From a virus: DNA of 64,000 bases. A program made the position numbers and the translations under genes. Positions within the stretch are counted from its first letter, which is position 1. Every line of letters starts with the position of its first letter. Below, piece after piece: positions 46,442 through 57,159 of the stretch. The stretch lies in the IMG/VR virus record IMGVR_UViG_3300042894_005670. The stretch is one strand, 5' to 3'. A model generated the notes under the pieces. The model had not been told where the DNA came from and searched no databases. It saw only the letters and a program-made list of their open reading frames with translations.

Positions 46442-47404
46442 CTACTTTTTGGCTTGTGCTTGAAAATTAGCAACACTTGAACGTATATCTTTTACTATTT
46501 CATTATAATCACTTGGATATTTACGTTTCATATAAGTTAAAACGTTTAACATTAGGTTGTTTAACTCATCTGCATTATAATAGTTGCTATTCATGGCACT
46601 GACAACACGATCTAAATGAGTTGATCCTACTGAACTTTGCCCTACACCACTTGAAATACTACCTCTTGATCTACCCATGGCTTTCTGTTTATAGATATAA
46701 TCAAGTAATTTTGCAGCATTTTTATACGCCATGTCACTTTTACCACTTGCAAATTCTTGATCTATTGTGGTAGCTATTTGTTTTAATTCAGGAACCTCAT
46801 TTAAATTAAATTGTATAACTTGATCAATGTAGTTAGTGAAGGAGCCTGGGTCAACGACAGTTTGTTCATATAAAGCTGATTCTAATAAGGTATACAAATC
46901 ATCAAATCTACTTTCTGTCATACCTTGTGCTTGTCTTTTACGAATAATATCAGCAGTTGATGAGGTGTAGTTGCCTTGGGGAGGGCGACCTGGGCGCATG
47001 CTAGCTTGTGCTGCCTGTGCTGCTGCTTTACGTCGATCAGCGTAGCCTGGTAGCTCGGTTGGTGCAGCCTGTAGGTTTGGTGTAGGTAACTGTGTACCTG
47101 TGGGAACTGTTCTTTGTTGTACCGTTGTTTGCTGTGCTTGGCGTTGTTGTACTTTTGGCGTTGGCTGAACAGCAGGTTGTGATGCAGGTTGTGATGATGG
47201 TTCATCTTGTTTTTGTGCTGTCATATAATTTGGATCAGCTTGACGAACTTTAGCTGCCCATGCAGGATAACCTTTTAGTGCAGCACTAATCTTAGACTGT
47301 ATAACTTTTGCATCTAACTGCGAGGTTTTTGGATCTCGATACGCCATTTGCTGACGTATCGGATTAAAAATAGCTTCTAATCCATCTTCAATCAGTTTAC
47401 TCAT
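46442..47404 (-). CDS. Hypothetical Q/P/A-rich protein
   Basis: 320-aa ORF. Confidence 0.6.
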   Translation of the reverse strand: MSKLIEDGLEAIFNPIRQQMAYRDPKTSQLDAKVIQSKISAALKGYPAWAAKVRQADPNYMTAQKQDEPSSQPASQPAVQPTPKVQQRQAQQTTVQQRTVPTGTQLPTPNLQAAPTELPGYADRRKAAAQAAQASMRPGRPPQGNYTSSTADIIRKRQAQGMTESRFDDLYTLLESALYEQTVVDPGSFTNYIDQVIQFNLNEVPELKQIATTIDQEFASGKSDMAYKNAAKLLDYIYKQKAMGRSRGSISSGVGQSSVGSTHLDRVVSAMNSNYYNADELNNLMLNVLTYMKRKYPSDYNEIVKDIRSSVANFQAQAKK

Positions 47405-47645
47405 CAGCAGAATTCTTTCTAAAACTTTTTGAGAATTTTTCGCTATCTCTACTTTTTATAGCAACTAACAGCTTTCGTTCTAAAACTTCAGCCTGTTCAG
47501 GCGTAAAATTACGCTGTATAACCTCTAAAAGGTGTATAGCACTTGTTATAATACTATTGGCACGACTTTCGATTATATACTTAGTATCACGATTTTTTGC
47601 CAATGATTCTAATTCTTCTAATAGGCTACGAGTCTTTTTTTCCAT
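47397..47645 (-). CDS. Conserved hypothetical protein
   Basis: KTRSLLEELE...IESRA..II.SAI. Confidence 0.65.
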   Translation of the reverse strand: MEKKTRSLLEELESLAKNRDTKYIIESRANSIITSAIHLLEVIQRNFTPEQAEVLERKLLVAIKSRDSEKFSKSFRKNSADE

Positions 47646-47678
47646 GATATAGTATTTATCAGAATTATGACAGTTGTA

Positions 47679-49076
47679 TTAACTTCCTTTCTTAAACTGT
47701 GCTAACATTTGTTTTACTTTATTACTTTGAACATCAGCTACTACTTTACTTTCTTCAGGTTCTTCTTCTACTCGATTAATAACCTGACTATTAGTTTTAA
47801 TCTTACTTAGTATTGATGATCCTGTATGTACTTCATGTGTGGTTCCATCCTCGCCATCATCAAAGATTTTCAACGTTTCTTTATTAAATGACAAATCAAT
47901 CTTAGTACCTACTCCTGAACTACTACGAGTTTTCATCAATTGTAATTGATATTTTCCTTTCTCACGCATGTTTCTACTAGTAAAAATACCAAAGACATTG
48001 TCAGCAGTGTTAATTTTACTAATTCCACCACTGATATGACTATGATCAAATTCACTTTCTTCTACCGCACTACGATTTAATTGTGAAGCAGTTACAAATA
48101 ATGCATTTAACTCTTTTGCTAAATTACGTAATTCTTCACTAACGTATTTGTCTTTGACAAATAAATCACTTGGGCTTACTTTAGCAGATACAGGCATCAT
48201 AAGATCTAGGTAGTCAACACAAATAAAGTCTAGTTTAGTGTCAGTTTGAACTTGTAATTCTTTACAATAAGCTCGCAAATCATTGACGGTGCTTTGGGCT
48301 GGCATGTATTTGACACGTAATTGCCCTGCTTTCTTTTGAATCATTTTTACTTTTAATTCAACATCATCAATTTGTTTCCATACATCATTAGTAGGAATGT
48401 CAGTCATCATACCATCCATCCGCCAAGAACATAGTTCTTCACTTAGTTCTAAGGTTACATACACACCATTTAATCCCATAGCAGACCATGTTACTGCTAA
48501 ATTTTGCATGAATAATGACTTACCTGATCCACTACCACCCAAAAACAGTTGTAATTCACCACGATTAAACCCACCATATAATTTACGATCAAGAACAGGC
48601 CATCCTGTGGTTACTTGCCCATTTTTTGCCTTAATAGCCATCAATCTGCCACGTGGGTCATCATAATAATCAATGCCCATATCTTTTGTTAAGCTAATCT
48701 GTACCGCATCTTTAACAAGTTTTTCAACAGGATCATAGTTTCCTTTTTCAAGTAATTCTGCACTTTTTAAAATAGCACGTTCTAATTCTTGTTTACGTGT
48801 AAATTTTTCAAATTCATCTAAAAACCATTCTATATCATGATCACGCAAATCATGTATTTTATCTAATTCGATATTTGTAGTTACACGAATTGTTTCCGCA
48901 TCAGGTATACCATTGTACTTTTGTGAATACTCTTGTAAAAATTTTACAGCAGGACGCAACCTTTTAGTAAAATTGTCAGCGTTTAAAATGTTCTGAACAC
49001 GTGTGAATAAATGATGTTCAGTTAACATCATATTTAAAAACAATGTTTGTACTTCGTCGGTATACTCTATTTTCAC
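47679..49076 (-). CDS. DnaB-like replicative helicase (gp41-like)
   Basis: GGSGSGKS, TLELSE, VDYLDL, TASQLNR, KTRSS. Confidence 0.93.
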   Translation of the reverse strand: MKIEYTDEVQTLFLNMMLTEHHLFTRVQNILNADNFTKRLRPAVKFLQEYSQKYNGIPDAETIRVTTNIELDKIHDLRDHDIEWFLDEFEKFTRKQELERAILKSAELLEKGNYDPVEKLVKDAVQISLTKDMGIDYYDDPRGRLMAIKAKNGQVTTGWPVLDRKLYGGFNRGELQLFLGGSGSGKSLFMQNLAVTWSAMGLNGVYVTLELSEELCSWRMDGMMTDIPTNDVWKQIDDVELKVKMIQKKAGQLRVKYMPAQSTVNDLRAYCKELQVQTDTKLDFICVDYLDLMMPVSAKVSPSDLFVKDKYVSEELRNLAKELNALFVTASQLNRSAVEESEFDHSHISGGISKINTADNVFGIFTSRNMREKGKYQLQLMKTRSSSGVGTKIDLSFNKETLKIFDDGEDGTTHEVHTGSSILSKIKTNSQVINRVEEEPEESKVVADVQSNKVKQMLAQFKKGS

Positions 49077-50056
49077 AATACTTTATCTTTATAAATTTTA
49101 ATCTTTGCTTTACTGATTGTTGCGTGTTGAATAATACTTAGTAATGTAGCTAATTTACCATACTTTAAAACCGCATCATTAACATCCTTAATTGTACTAT
49201 CCCATGTTGGAGGTATGCTTACACTATACCCATAGTCTAATGCTCGCTCAATACCTTTAAATCCCGCAAGATCACGATCAGGTACGTAAATAATTCTACG
49301 CTTTAACTTAGATATTAACCAAGATTGTTTTTCACTGACTTCATTGGACATGATAGCACAACCACCAATAGCCAATGCGTCAAACTGTCCTTCAACCAAT
49401 ATACAAATTTCCCAACTTGGATCCTGCCTATCTAAATTAAAAACATAACCTGATTGTTGCTCGGATATGTACTTAGGTTTTATATCATCGTAATATCTAC
49501 TTGTATATCCCACAGTCCTACCATTTAAAAAATATGGGATAATTATACGATGGGCATCACGACCTTCACCCTTAGGTGTCACCATGAACTGATAATCATC
49601 ATACATAAACCCACGTGCAGCTAAAATATTAACAAATCGTATGTGCTGTGGATTATTTGGGTTTATAATTTCAGCATCTTTTGGCAATGCTATATCTTTA
49701 AAAATTAACTCATGCTGTACTTTAGTTTTGACTAACAATGACGTATCACGCAATCGCAATGCTTCCATTGATAATGCTGCTACCTCATCATCAGACATTC
49801 CCATCCATGATAATAATTTTCTAAAGTGGTCACTTAATAATTTTCCCGTTGAATAACCACATTTGAAATTACAATTGAAACAGGAATAATTGATTTTATC
49901 ATCACCTGTTACTATTAGTCCACCACGCATACGAGTATCTACACGATGCCCACGATGATGACAACATACAGCATTGGCAGATATCCATCCACCACCCGTA
50001 CGTTTATGCTTGCGGTTACACCAAAAATGTAGTGTTTTATCAATAATAGTATTCAT
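49073..50056 (-). CDS. DNA primase (Zn finger + Toprim)
   Basis: CC...CFNC, VEGQFDA, PDRD.AG, KDVND. Confidence 0.9.
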   Translation of the reverse strand: MNTIIDKTLHFWCNRKHKRTGGGWISANAVCCHHRGHRVDTRMRGGLIVTGDDKINYSCFNCNFKCGYSTGKLLSDHFRKLLSWMGMSDDEVAALSMEALRLRDTSLLVKTKVQHELIFKDIALPKDAEIINPNNPQHIRFVNILAARGFMYDDYQFMVTPKGEGRDAHRIIIPYFLNGRTVGYTSRYYDDIKPKYISEQQSGYVFNLDRQDPSWEICILVEGQFDALAIGGCAIMSNEVSEKQSWLISKLKRRIIYVPDRDLAGFKGIERALDYGYSVSIPPTWDSTIKDVNDAVLKYGKLATLLSIIQHATISKAKIKIYKDKVL

Positions 50057-50108
50057 GTGCCACCATAGTATAGCACAACGATTGCATCTTCATCAAATAT
50101 TAGATAAT

Positions 50109-50990
50109 TTATCTAGCGTATATAGCAACAACATCACCTTTTAAGTACTGTTGATTTGTTTCAGGAGGACCACTACCATAATTCTGTATAGCTAAACGTA
50201 CATAAGGATGATAGCCTGTTATGGTAGTGCCCACGGTCAATGTTTCGCCTGTAGGGTATGGTAAAGCATTTGCGTTACCATAAACAACCACATTACCAAT
50301 ATTGTAAGCACGACTAAAATCAGCGATGTTGCTACCTTCAATAGTTATATTACCACAAAATTCTTCTATTCTATATTGAATAGTCAAATATTGTGCATCT
50401 TCATTTTTAATTTCACTGCTGTAGTACATCTTGGGTTGAGGTTGGGTACTATTACCACCTTGCATAGCATTGCCTTGTGTAGGTCTTGGATGTGTTGGTA
50501 TGGTTACATCAAGTGCAGGAATTACCCTAGGGAAAATACTATCAACAACAATTAAGTTACCTCTAGCTGATCCGCTTGCATTGACAAAAACAGCCATACC
50601 TGCAGTTTGAGGATTTACTTCAGGTACATCACTTATTTCAACGGAATAGTAACAATATTGAGGTTGAATTAAATCTACTTCAGAGGCAGTTAATTCTAAA
50701 TTAAAAATCCCTGTAATAGGTAAGTTAGCAGTTAATGCTTTAGTAAGAATTAGTTCAGTGCCGTTATTATTGATAACACGGAAATATAAATATTTTCCAA
50801 CTAAATTTACAGGTTTTTGATCTTGATTAATAAACGCAAATTCTAGTAAATTATCAACACCACGATTTAACATTAAGTCTTTAGCGTACACGATACTATA
50901 TCTCCTTGTAGCAATATTTCCTGCGGCACTTAATAAAACCACATATTGTCTTTGATTATATAAATACATTTGCGTTTGGTATGCAGCCAC
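50109..50990 (-). CDS. Virion structural protein (BppU-like N-terminus)
   Basis: RGVDN...F...NQDQKPVNL. Confidence 0.5.
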   Translation of the reverse strand: MAAYQTQMYLYNQRQYVVLLSAAGNIATRRYSIVYAKDLMLNRGVDNLLEFAFINQDQKPVNLVGKYLYFRVINNNGTELILTKALTANLPITGIFNLELTASEVDLIQPQYCYYSVEISDVPEVNPQTAGMAVFVNASGSARGNLIVVDSIFPRVIPALDVTIPTHPRPTQGNAMQGGNSTQPQPKMYYSSEIKNEDAQYLTIQYRIEEFCGNITIEGSNIADFSRAYNIGNVVVYGNANALPYPTGETLTVGTTITGYHPYVRLAIQNYGSGPPETNQQYLKGDVVAIYAR

Positions 50991-51014
50991 GTGAATATCC
51001 TTTATTTTGTATTT

Positions 51015-51389
51015 ATGTCATCAGAATTTTTAAAAAAGTTGAGTTCAAATCATCCGTTTATAACCGTATGCTCCTATGCAGGTCAAGAGTATATTGGTGT
51101 TGTGCAAAACCGTGATGATGATGTTACAACATTCTATGATTATGGTGCTATCATTGAACACGAATTAAAACAATTATTTTTAGAATTAGGTGATGTATGG
51201 TGGTGGGAAAGTAATCGTCTTATACCTATCAACATCTTTTTAAAAGATGAATGGCATGTATTTAAACAATATCTTAGAACATTTAATAATAAATCTCTAG
51301 TGATTATTCACGGACCAACCACCTCGATTAGTGAACTAAGCAAAAGACGTGTTAAGCGTAAAAGCATTACGTTGGTCAAGCGCATGTAA
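51015..51389 (+). CDS. Conserved hypothetical phage protein
   Basis: FLELGDVWWWESNRLIPINIFL; probable start MSSEFL. Confidence 0.7.
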   Translation: MSSEFLKKLSSNHPFITVCSYAGQEYIGVVQNRDDDVTTFYDYGAIIEHELKQLFLELGDVWWWESNRLIPINIFLKDEWHVFKQYLRTFNNKSLVIIHGPTTSISELSKRRVKRKSITLVKRM

Positions 51390-51962
51390 TCCTAATTCTT
51401 CAATCAAGTTCATATGTACAACCACCAAGTGTGCATAACTTATTGAATGACTTTTCTTAAACGAATACCCATCATGATCAGTTTTGTCCCATACAGTTTG
51501 ATTAACTTCACTCCATGTCTTACCAATCAAATGCCTTTTAGCAGGACGAATTACAGCTAAAAACATTGCCATACGTGGTATGGTATTGATAGGTTCAGGC
51601 ATTTTTCTCATCGTATCATAATGTTCACCAATATGAATCAATGACTGAAAGAATTCTTTATCATATAATTTTGACCAATTAGGCTCGGCCATTAATTTGA
51701 TAAGATGATTTTCGTCCCGAACATGCTTGTATACCCAAACATTTAAAAAATCTAGCTTGATATAGTTTCTATCTTCGGCTTGTTTATATTCAAGTGCCGC
51801 CCAATCATGTATAGGGTCATAAGGAATGTTAGTCACGTATACGCCTGTAGGATGTTTTTTTACGCCATCCGTAGTTTTCATGTGAGCAGCAACGTATTTG
51901 ATATGCTGTAAAATATCATTGCGGTCAGCAAAGTCAATATCAATGTCACTATTGAAAGTCAT
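51336..51962 (-). CDS. Compact DNA polymerase III alpha (DnaE)-like protein
   Basis: DIDIDFADR, KHPTGVYV, IKLDFLN, AVIRPA, GYSFKKSHSISYA. Confidence 0.8.
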   Translation of the reverse strand: MTFNSDIDIDFADRNDILQHIKYVAAHMKTTDGVKKHPTGVYVTNIPYDPIHDWAALEYKQAEDRNYIKLDFLNVWVYKHVRDENHLIKLMAEPNWSKLYDKEFFQSLIHIGEHYDTMRKMPEPINTIPRMAMFLAVIRPAKRHLIGKTWSEVNQTVWDKTDHDGYSFKKSHSISYAHLVVVHMNLIEELGLHALDQRNAFTLNTSFA

Positions 51963-52657
51963 AAATCCATTTGCTCAATAATTCGCTTAATTGATTCGAC
52001 TGTATCTTTTTCACGATACAATTTTATACCCCATACGTCAGGATTAATATAATCAAAAATTAATTTGATTTGATCTTGGTTAAGATTTTCAATAAATGCT
52101 CTACCATGTGTAGAGTTGTACAAAAACCATGGACTAATTTGCCCATTAATTACTGAATAACATAGTTTATTATGATTTAAAAATTTAAAGGCATCACGTA
52201 CTTGTATATTTTGTTCATGACATAATATTTTTAACGATTCAATACTACGTTTAACAGCATCATACGCATCTTCTAATTTTAAATAGTCGATAAGAAACTT
52301 GGTATAGTATACATCACTATTCCAACTATCAATGATAACCTTGTGTGATACAAGATAATCAATGTAACGAGCAATGTTAATAACTTTATTAGCTAGGCAG
52401 TAACTAGCAAACTTAATAAATGCGCTATAAAATGGACTATAGATAAAATCTATGTACTCAAGTTTTGATTTAGTAGGATGATTTTTTTGGTGATACATTT
52501 TAAAAGCACCGTGTGCAAAACGATTGACTTGGTTATCACGTTCATTCCATCGACGTTTTGATTCACACAAATGTGTTAATAATGTACTCTCACGTATAAA
52601 TGATCGTTTACAAAACTCACATTGATTAGTAATTTCCGTTTTCTTTTTCGTAGTCAT
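51959..52657 (-). CDS. Zinc-finger protein
   Basis: CEFC..SF......LTHLC. Confidence 0.65.
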   Translation of the reverse strand: MTTKKKTEITNQCEFCKRSFIRESTLLTHLCESKRRWNERDNQVNRFAHGAFKMYHQKNHPTKSKLEYIDFIYSPFYSAFIKFASYCLANKVINIARYIDYLVSHKVIIDSWNSDVYYTKFLIDYLKLEDAYDAVKRSIESLKILCHEQNIQVRDAFKFLNHNKLCYSVINGQISPWFLYNSTHGRAFIENLNQDQIKLIFDYINPDVWGIKLYREKDTVESIKRIIEQMDL

Positions 52658-53201
52658 TAATATCTTGTTCATTGACAATTGTACTCAAATATTCTATATC
52701 ACAAAGTTTCATACTAGGAAATAATTTAGCTAAACGATACCTTAGGTTTTGTAATTGCACAAACTCTACGCTAGTTTCATTAATAACTTTATCGTTAGCA
52801 TTGCTAATTTTCTTAAAATACTCTGCTACTTCTTTTTTTGTAGCCGCAACTTTTAACTCACCAATTTTGTGATTTAAATGTGGTATCCATTGATGAAATT
52901 GCACTCCTGAATTTGGGCTAGCTACACACAGCATATACCAAATTAATTTAGGATGACGTTGAATATATTCATTAAAGAAGTGTTTATTAACAAACTCATT
53001 AGCTGCAATGACGTAATATTTTGATAACTCACCTTGTTTTTTAATTGAACTCATCCAATGCAGCATCATAAATGGAACAAATTTCTTTTGTTGTTCTTCG
53101 GTAAGTCGATCATAATAATCATAATCCTTACGATCTAATGCTTCAAGCGCACCAAATAAATCAAAGTCAACGTTTTGTAATTTAAGATCAGATTGTTTCA
53201 T
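52626..53201 (-). CDS. Possible clamp loader small subunit (gp62-like)
   Basis: KKFVPFMM..W.S...N......HPKL.W; replication context. Confidence 0.5.
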   Translation of the reverse strand: MKQSDLKLQNVDFDLFGALEALDRKDYDYYDRLTEEQQKKFVPFMMLHWMSSIKKQGELSKYYVIAANEFVNKHFFNEYIQRHPKLIWYMLCVASPNSGVQFHQWIPHLNHKIGELKVAATKKEVAEYFKKISNANDKVINETSVEFVQLQNLRYRLAKLFPSMKLCDIEYLSTIVNEQDINDYEKENGNY

Positions 53202-53439
53202 TACTGTCCAATGACAATATTAGTAAACTGAGTTCTTCATCGTTACTAACTTGATAATAGTGTGTAGTTAAATAAAAATCATCTTCTAATTTGTAGACAG
53301 GGATAATTTGTTTGCCTGTTTTACTTTTATACCATTCTCTAGCATTTGGAAAAGTTAAAAATAAATTTTGATCATTGATGCAAGCTATCTCAAAATCTTT
53401 TTTAATTTGATGAAATTCATGTCTTGGTATTTCAAACAT
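53188..53439 (-). CDS. Hypothetical protein
   Basis: Probable start MFEIPR. Confidence 0.55.
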   Translation of the reverse strand: MFEIPRHEFHQIKKDFEIACINDQNLFLTFPNAREWYKSKTGKQIIPVYKLEDDFYLTTHYYQVSNDEELSLLILSLDSNETI

Positions 53440-53635
53440 CTTTACATAAATCTTTAAACATCTTTTTTCGACCATCAACTGTAAGTATATGATCAAATAT
53501 TTCAGTAGTACGTTGTAGCATTGCACATGCTAGCATGAGTTGATCATTATGATTCTCAGTCATAGCAAGGGCTGTATCAATAATAACCATCATATTACTC
53601 ATTTTCATTTCAGTAGGATCAATTAATTTACTCAT
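53432..53635 (-). CDS. Small hypothetical protein
   Basis: Coupled ORF. Confidence 0.6.
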   Translation of the reverse strand: MSKLIDPTEMKMSNMMVIIDTALAMTENHNDQLMLACAMLQRTTEIFDHILTVDGRKKMFKDLCKDV

Positions 53636-54135
53636 TAGAACACCTGTTTATAATCTACAATTTCACAATTACGACTGATTTCTTTGACAAAATAGATACA
53701 ACGTGGTTTTTCATTGTTATCTATAGGTACACAAAGAAACTGTCCGTTTTTTAGCCTAGGGGCATACCATGTTACATCATGATATATGTCAATGATTTCA
53801 ATGTCAAGAAAAGTTGGTCTAAAACCACTTAATGGATTAAATTGAAACGCTTTAAATCCACGATCATTAATACTAGTAAGTGGCACAGTTTCTAGGTCAC
53901 CAAATTCAGGTTCGCCTATCAGTATTTGCCAATCTAGAGGCATCTTGATAATTTCATCTTGGATACGTAATACTAGCGCAGGACTGTTAAATGATTCTAA
54001 AAATATAAGTGGTATAAAAAAGTAATCAACTGCATTGGGATTACTATTATCTAATATAGCAAATCGTAAGTCATCAATTTCTTCAGGTAGATTCTCTAAA
54101 TTAAATTTTGTATCATCCAATAATAATATGTTCAT
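53635..54135 (-). CDS. Conserved hypothetical protein
   Basis: DYFFIPLIFLESFNSPA; coupled to UvsW. Confidence 0.7.
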   Translation of the reverse strand: MNILLLDDTKFNLENLPEEIDDLRFAILDNSNPNAVDYFFIPLIFLESFNSPALVLRIQDEIIKMPLDWQILIGEPEFGDLETVPLTSINDRGFKAFQFNPLSGFRPTFLDIEIIDIYHDVTWYAPRLKNGQFLCVPIDNNEKPRCIYFVKEISRNCEIVDYKQVF

Positions 54136-55589
54136 TTATAGTTCAACTTTTCCATTGTAAATGGATAATTCGCTTCTTTGTAAAATGACTTTCTCTGTGT
54201 CAAGTGACGTTTTGAAAATTTACAACTTGAAGTAATATCCCAAATTTGCACAAAGTCCTTATCCTCAGCTTTACGCAAACCACGTCCTATACTCTGTATA
54301 ACACGTACAAAACTCTTCCCAGGCTCAATAAACACCAAATTAAAAATCCTTGGTATATTAATACCCACTGCTGCTACACCATACGTTGCAATAATTATCT
54401 TTTCATCCTGTATAGCAACATCTTCATATTCTTCTTTACGCTTTTTATTACTTGTATTACCACTGACAAATACTGCGTTAGATAATCGTTTGGCTAATTC
54501 TTTTCCTGCAGTAATACGATCAACCAAGACTAGAGTATTACCACTTTCCACAATATTGTCAATAAGTTTAGCTATCATGTTTAAACGATCTTCTTGCTCT
54601 AGCAAATATTTTAATTCACTTTGGTAGGTTTTAAATTCAGCAAAATCTTGTAACTGCACGACATTGACATGACATGTTGCAAGAACGCCACGATCTTGCA
54701 AATCTGTTGCTGCTAACCTATTGATGACAGGACCGATACACGTAAACAATGCCTCTGACGCAAACTTTTCTTTTGGTATCGTACCTGTTAAACCCCATCG
54801 TATACATATTTTTGATAACGACCCACTTAACATTGCCTTTAAAATATCTGCTTTAGCCATGTGGCATTCATCAATCACTAACGCCACAACATCTTGTATG
54901 AACTCTTCTATGGTGATATCACCAACACCATCTTGAGTGTTTTTAATAATATTGTTCAAGCTTTGCCATGTAACAATAGTATGTTTATGTCCAAGCTCTT
55001 TTCTATCACCAAAGTATACACCAACATCTAAACTTAAATTTTTATAATCGTCTTCTGTTTGTGTAACTAATGATTTATTAGGAACGATAACAATGGTTCT
55101 ACCATATGGTTCGCAACGATTACTCAATGTTGCTGTGATAAGTGTTTTACCTGCGCCTGTAGCAACTTCCTGTACACATTGTGGATTGGATAAAAACTGA
55201 TTGGTAATGTCAATTTGATAATCACGTAAAATAACAGGCTCACCTGCCTTAGGATGACCTGTAGGCCATGTTGCACTTGAAAAAGTATGCTCATCAACCT
55301 TTTCAAAAGTAAACGATTGCCCATAATCACGTATATCGTCTAATTCAATGTCATAACCATTTTGCTCAAGATAGGGAACAATTTGATCTAATAAATTGAT
55401 GTAAGTAGCACCACCCAAAGTAAAGTATGATGTTTTACCATTCCATCGACCAAGCTTAACCATAGGCATAAACCTAGCCCCAGGTATCTCATACTCAAAT
55501 TGTTTCACTAGGTATTTTCGGTCATCAAGATGAAGTCCTTCTATTTTTGCATTGACTTCATCTTTTACAATAATTTTTGCAGTAGGCAT
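54132..55589 (-). CDS. uvsW: UvsW-like SF2 helicase
   Basis: LRDYQ, ATGAGKT, DECH, GLTGT, QSIGRGLR. Confidence 0.9.
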   Translation of the reverse strand: MPTAKIIVKDEVNAKIEGLHLDDRKYLVKQFEYEIPGARFMPMVKLGRWNGKTSYFTLGGATYINLLDQIVPYLEQNGYDIELDDIRDYGQSFTFEKVDEHTFSSATWPTGHPKAGEPVILRDYQIDITNQFLSNPQCVQEVATGAGKTLITATLSNRCEPYGRTIVIVPNKSLVTQTEDDYKNLSLDVGVYFGDRKELGHKHTIVTWQSLNNIIKNTQDGVGDITIEEFIQDVVALVIDECHMAKADILKAMLSGSLSKICIRWGLTGTIPKEKFASEALFTCIGPVINRLAATDLQDRGVLATCHVNVVQLQDFAEFKTYQSELKYLLEQEDRLNMIAKLIDNIVESGNTLVLVDRITAGKELAKRLSNAVFVSGNTSNKKRKEEYEDVAIQDEKIIIATYGVAAVGINIPRIFNLVFIEPGKSFVRVIQSIGRGLRKAEDKDFVQIWDITSSCKFSKRHLTQRKSFYKEANYPFTMEKLNYK

Positions 55590-55690
55590 GGGTCTATATA
55601 TTTATAAGTAGTATACCAATATTTTAAATACTGTCAATAAAAAAGGAGTAATTGGTTACCCAATTACCCCAAGTTACTACAGGAGATAAC

Positions 55691-56764
55691 TTAACGATCC
55701 TTGTACATTAGTGTACGTTCAACAACTTGCTTCCAACGATCACCCTTACGTACCATATAATCAGCTACATATACAAAGGTACGTAAACTAAAACTTTTAA
55801 ATCTAGTAGCATTAGTTTCAACATAGTCAAACAATTGATTAACTTGTTCAGTGGTTAAGTCAAAGTTAGCAAAGAACCCACCATCATCTTGCAAATCTTC
55901 ATGCAACTGCTTTGCACGTAGCACAATGTGTCTAGCTGAGGAACACTGTACTTCAATGGATTTCCAACGTGTTTCCATAGCTTGTAAGTGGTTCTTTAAA
56001 TTTGAGTCACGCATCTTATTTAAATCAAGGTTAGTGATAAAAATTAAACTACCCTTGAACACAAAACTCTCAGGAATATCTTCCCTACGTAATTGAGCAC
56101 TGTTTGAACGAATGTTAATTCGACGTTCACCCGTAGTGGCTAGTGCTGCTTTCAACAAGTTTAGCATCTCAGGGTTAAAAAAGATTGCATCACAGTCATC
56201 AAACACCGTGATATAATTTGCATCACTACCTTCGTACAAGATTTTATACAAATGCACAGGTGAATCACCTAATGAACCACGTATGATTTGAAACTTATCA
56301 CGTGAACCACCGACATTAGTAAATGTTGCGTAACGGTCAAGCACTGATTCTACGATATATGTTTTACCGCTACCACCTCCACCACAAATAAACAATCCAC
56401 CTTTTTCCTCACCACGTAGCATATCTTCAATATGCTCCTCAAGGTTTTCAAAATCTTCTCTAAACCACTGCTTGATTTGTTCATCAGTAGGTTCAGGCTT
56501 AGTTACAACAGGTTCGTCTGCTGTAAATTTTACAGGTGCTTTTTTAGGCACTGTAACAGTATTATTATCAGTTATTTCACAATTAGTTACCACAATAGTA
56601 GGTTTCTCCGAAATTTTTCCGCTTGGTTTCACCAACAAGCGATCTTTGTTTAGTACAACATATTCGTTAGGACGGGTACCTGGTTGGTGAATTTGAAACT
56701 TAGTACCGCTAGGAATAGGCTTATCAAAATACTGACCTTCAAACACAGTAATAAACTTGGGCAT
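55691..56764 (-). CDS. P-loop (AAA-type) ATPase
   Basis: GGGGSGKT, VFDDCD, NLLKAAL, IFITN. Confidence 0.8.
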   Translation of the reverse strand: MPKFITVFEGQYFDKPIPSGTKFQIHQPGTRPNEYVVLNKDRLLVKPSGKISEKPTIVVTNCEITDNNTVTVPKKAPVKFTADEPVVTKPEPTDEQIKQWFREDFENLEEHIEDMLRGEEKGGLFICGGGGSGKTYIVESVLDRYATFTNVGGSRDKFQIIRGSLGDSPVHLYKILYEGSDANYITVFDDCDAIFFNPEMLNLLKAALATTGERRINIRSNSAQLRREDIPESFVFKGSLIFITNLDLNKMRDSNLKNHLQAMETRWKSIEVQCSSARHIVLRAKQLHEDLQDDGGFFANFDLTTEQVNQLFDYVETNATRFKSFSLRTFVYVADYMVRKGDRWKQVVERTLMYKDR

Positions 56765-56797
56765 CTTTAGCTCCGTTGTTTGTCAATCGATTTGAGT

Positions 56798-56826
56798 AGT
56801 ATAGCAGGGTGTTGAAACTTTGTCAA
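56798..56826 (-). promoter_or_regulatory. Early promoter
   Basis: TTGACA-N17-TATACT. Confidence 0.8.
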
Positions 56827-57159
56827 CTAACGAATACTGTAAGGGTCAAGAAACACTCGTCCATCGTTAGTAACATACAAATACTCTACATTAGGAACAT
56901 TACCTATAGGGCGATAATAAGCGATTTCACCATCATGTCCATCTTCATCATAAAGTACATCGTAGCAATCAACTTGCTTAAAACGTACTTCTTTACCTGT
57001 ATGATGACTAGTTACAAAAAACTGTTGCGGGAATCTACCACCAAAATACGTATTAGATAAACTTAAAACTTTATTTGTTTTATCAAAGTCACAATATTGA
57101 AGGGGTATACGTTGAAGTTCCATACTTGCGTCCTTTGTTAAGATATAAGTATGATACAT
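56827..57159 (-). CDS. Hypothetical protein
   Basis: ORF; start may be 57123. Confidence 0.55.
   Translation of the reverse strand: MYHTYILTKDASMELQRIPLQYCDFDKTNKVLSLSNTYFGGRFPQQFFVTSHHTGKEVRFKQVDCYDVLYDEDGHDGEIAYYRPIGNVPNVEYLYVTNDGRVFLDPYSIR

Noticed and set aside
35532-55589. Inteins or introns in nrdA, nrdB, helicase and UvsW
   Set aside because: Lengths are normal, motifs are contiguous and no intein terminal signatures were seen.
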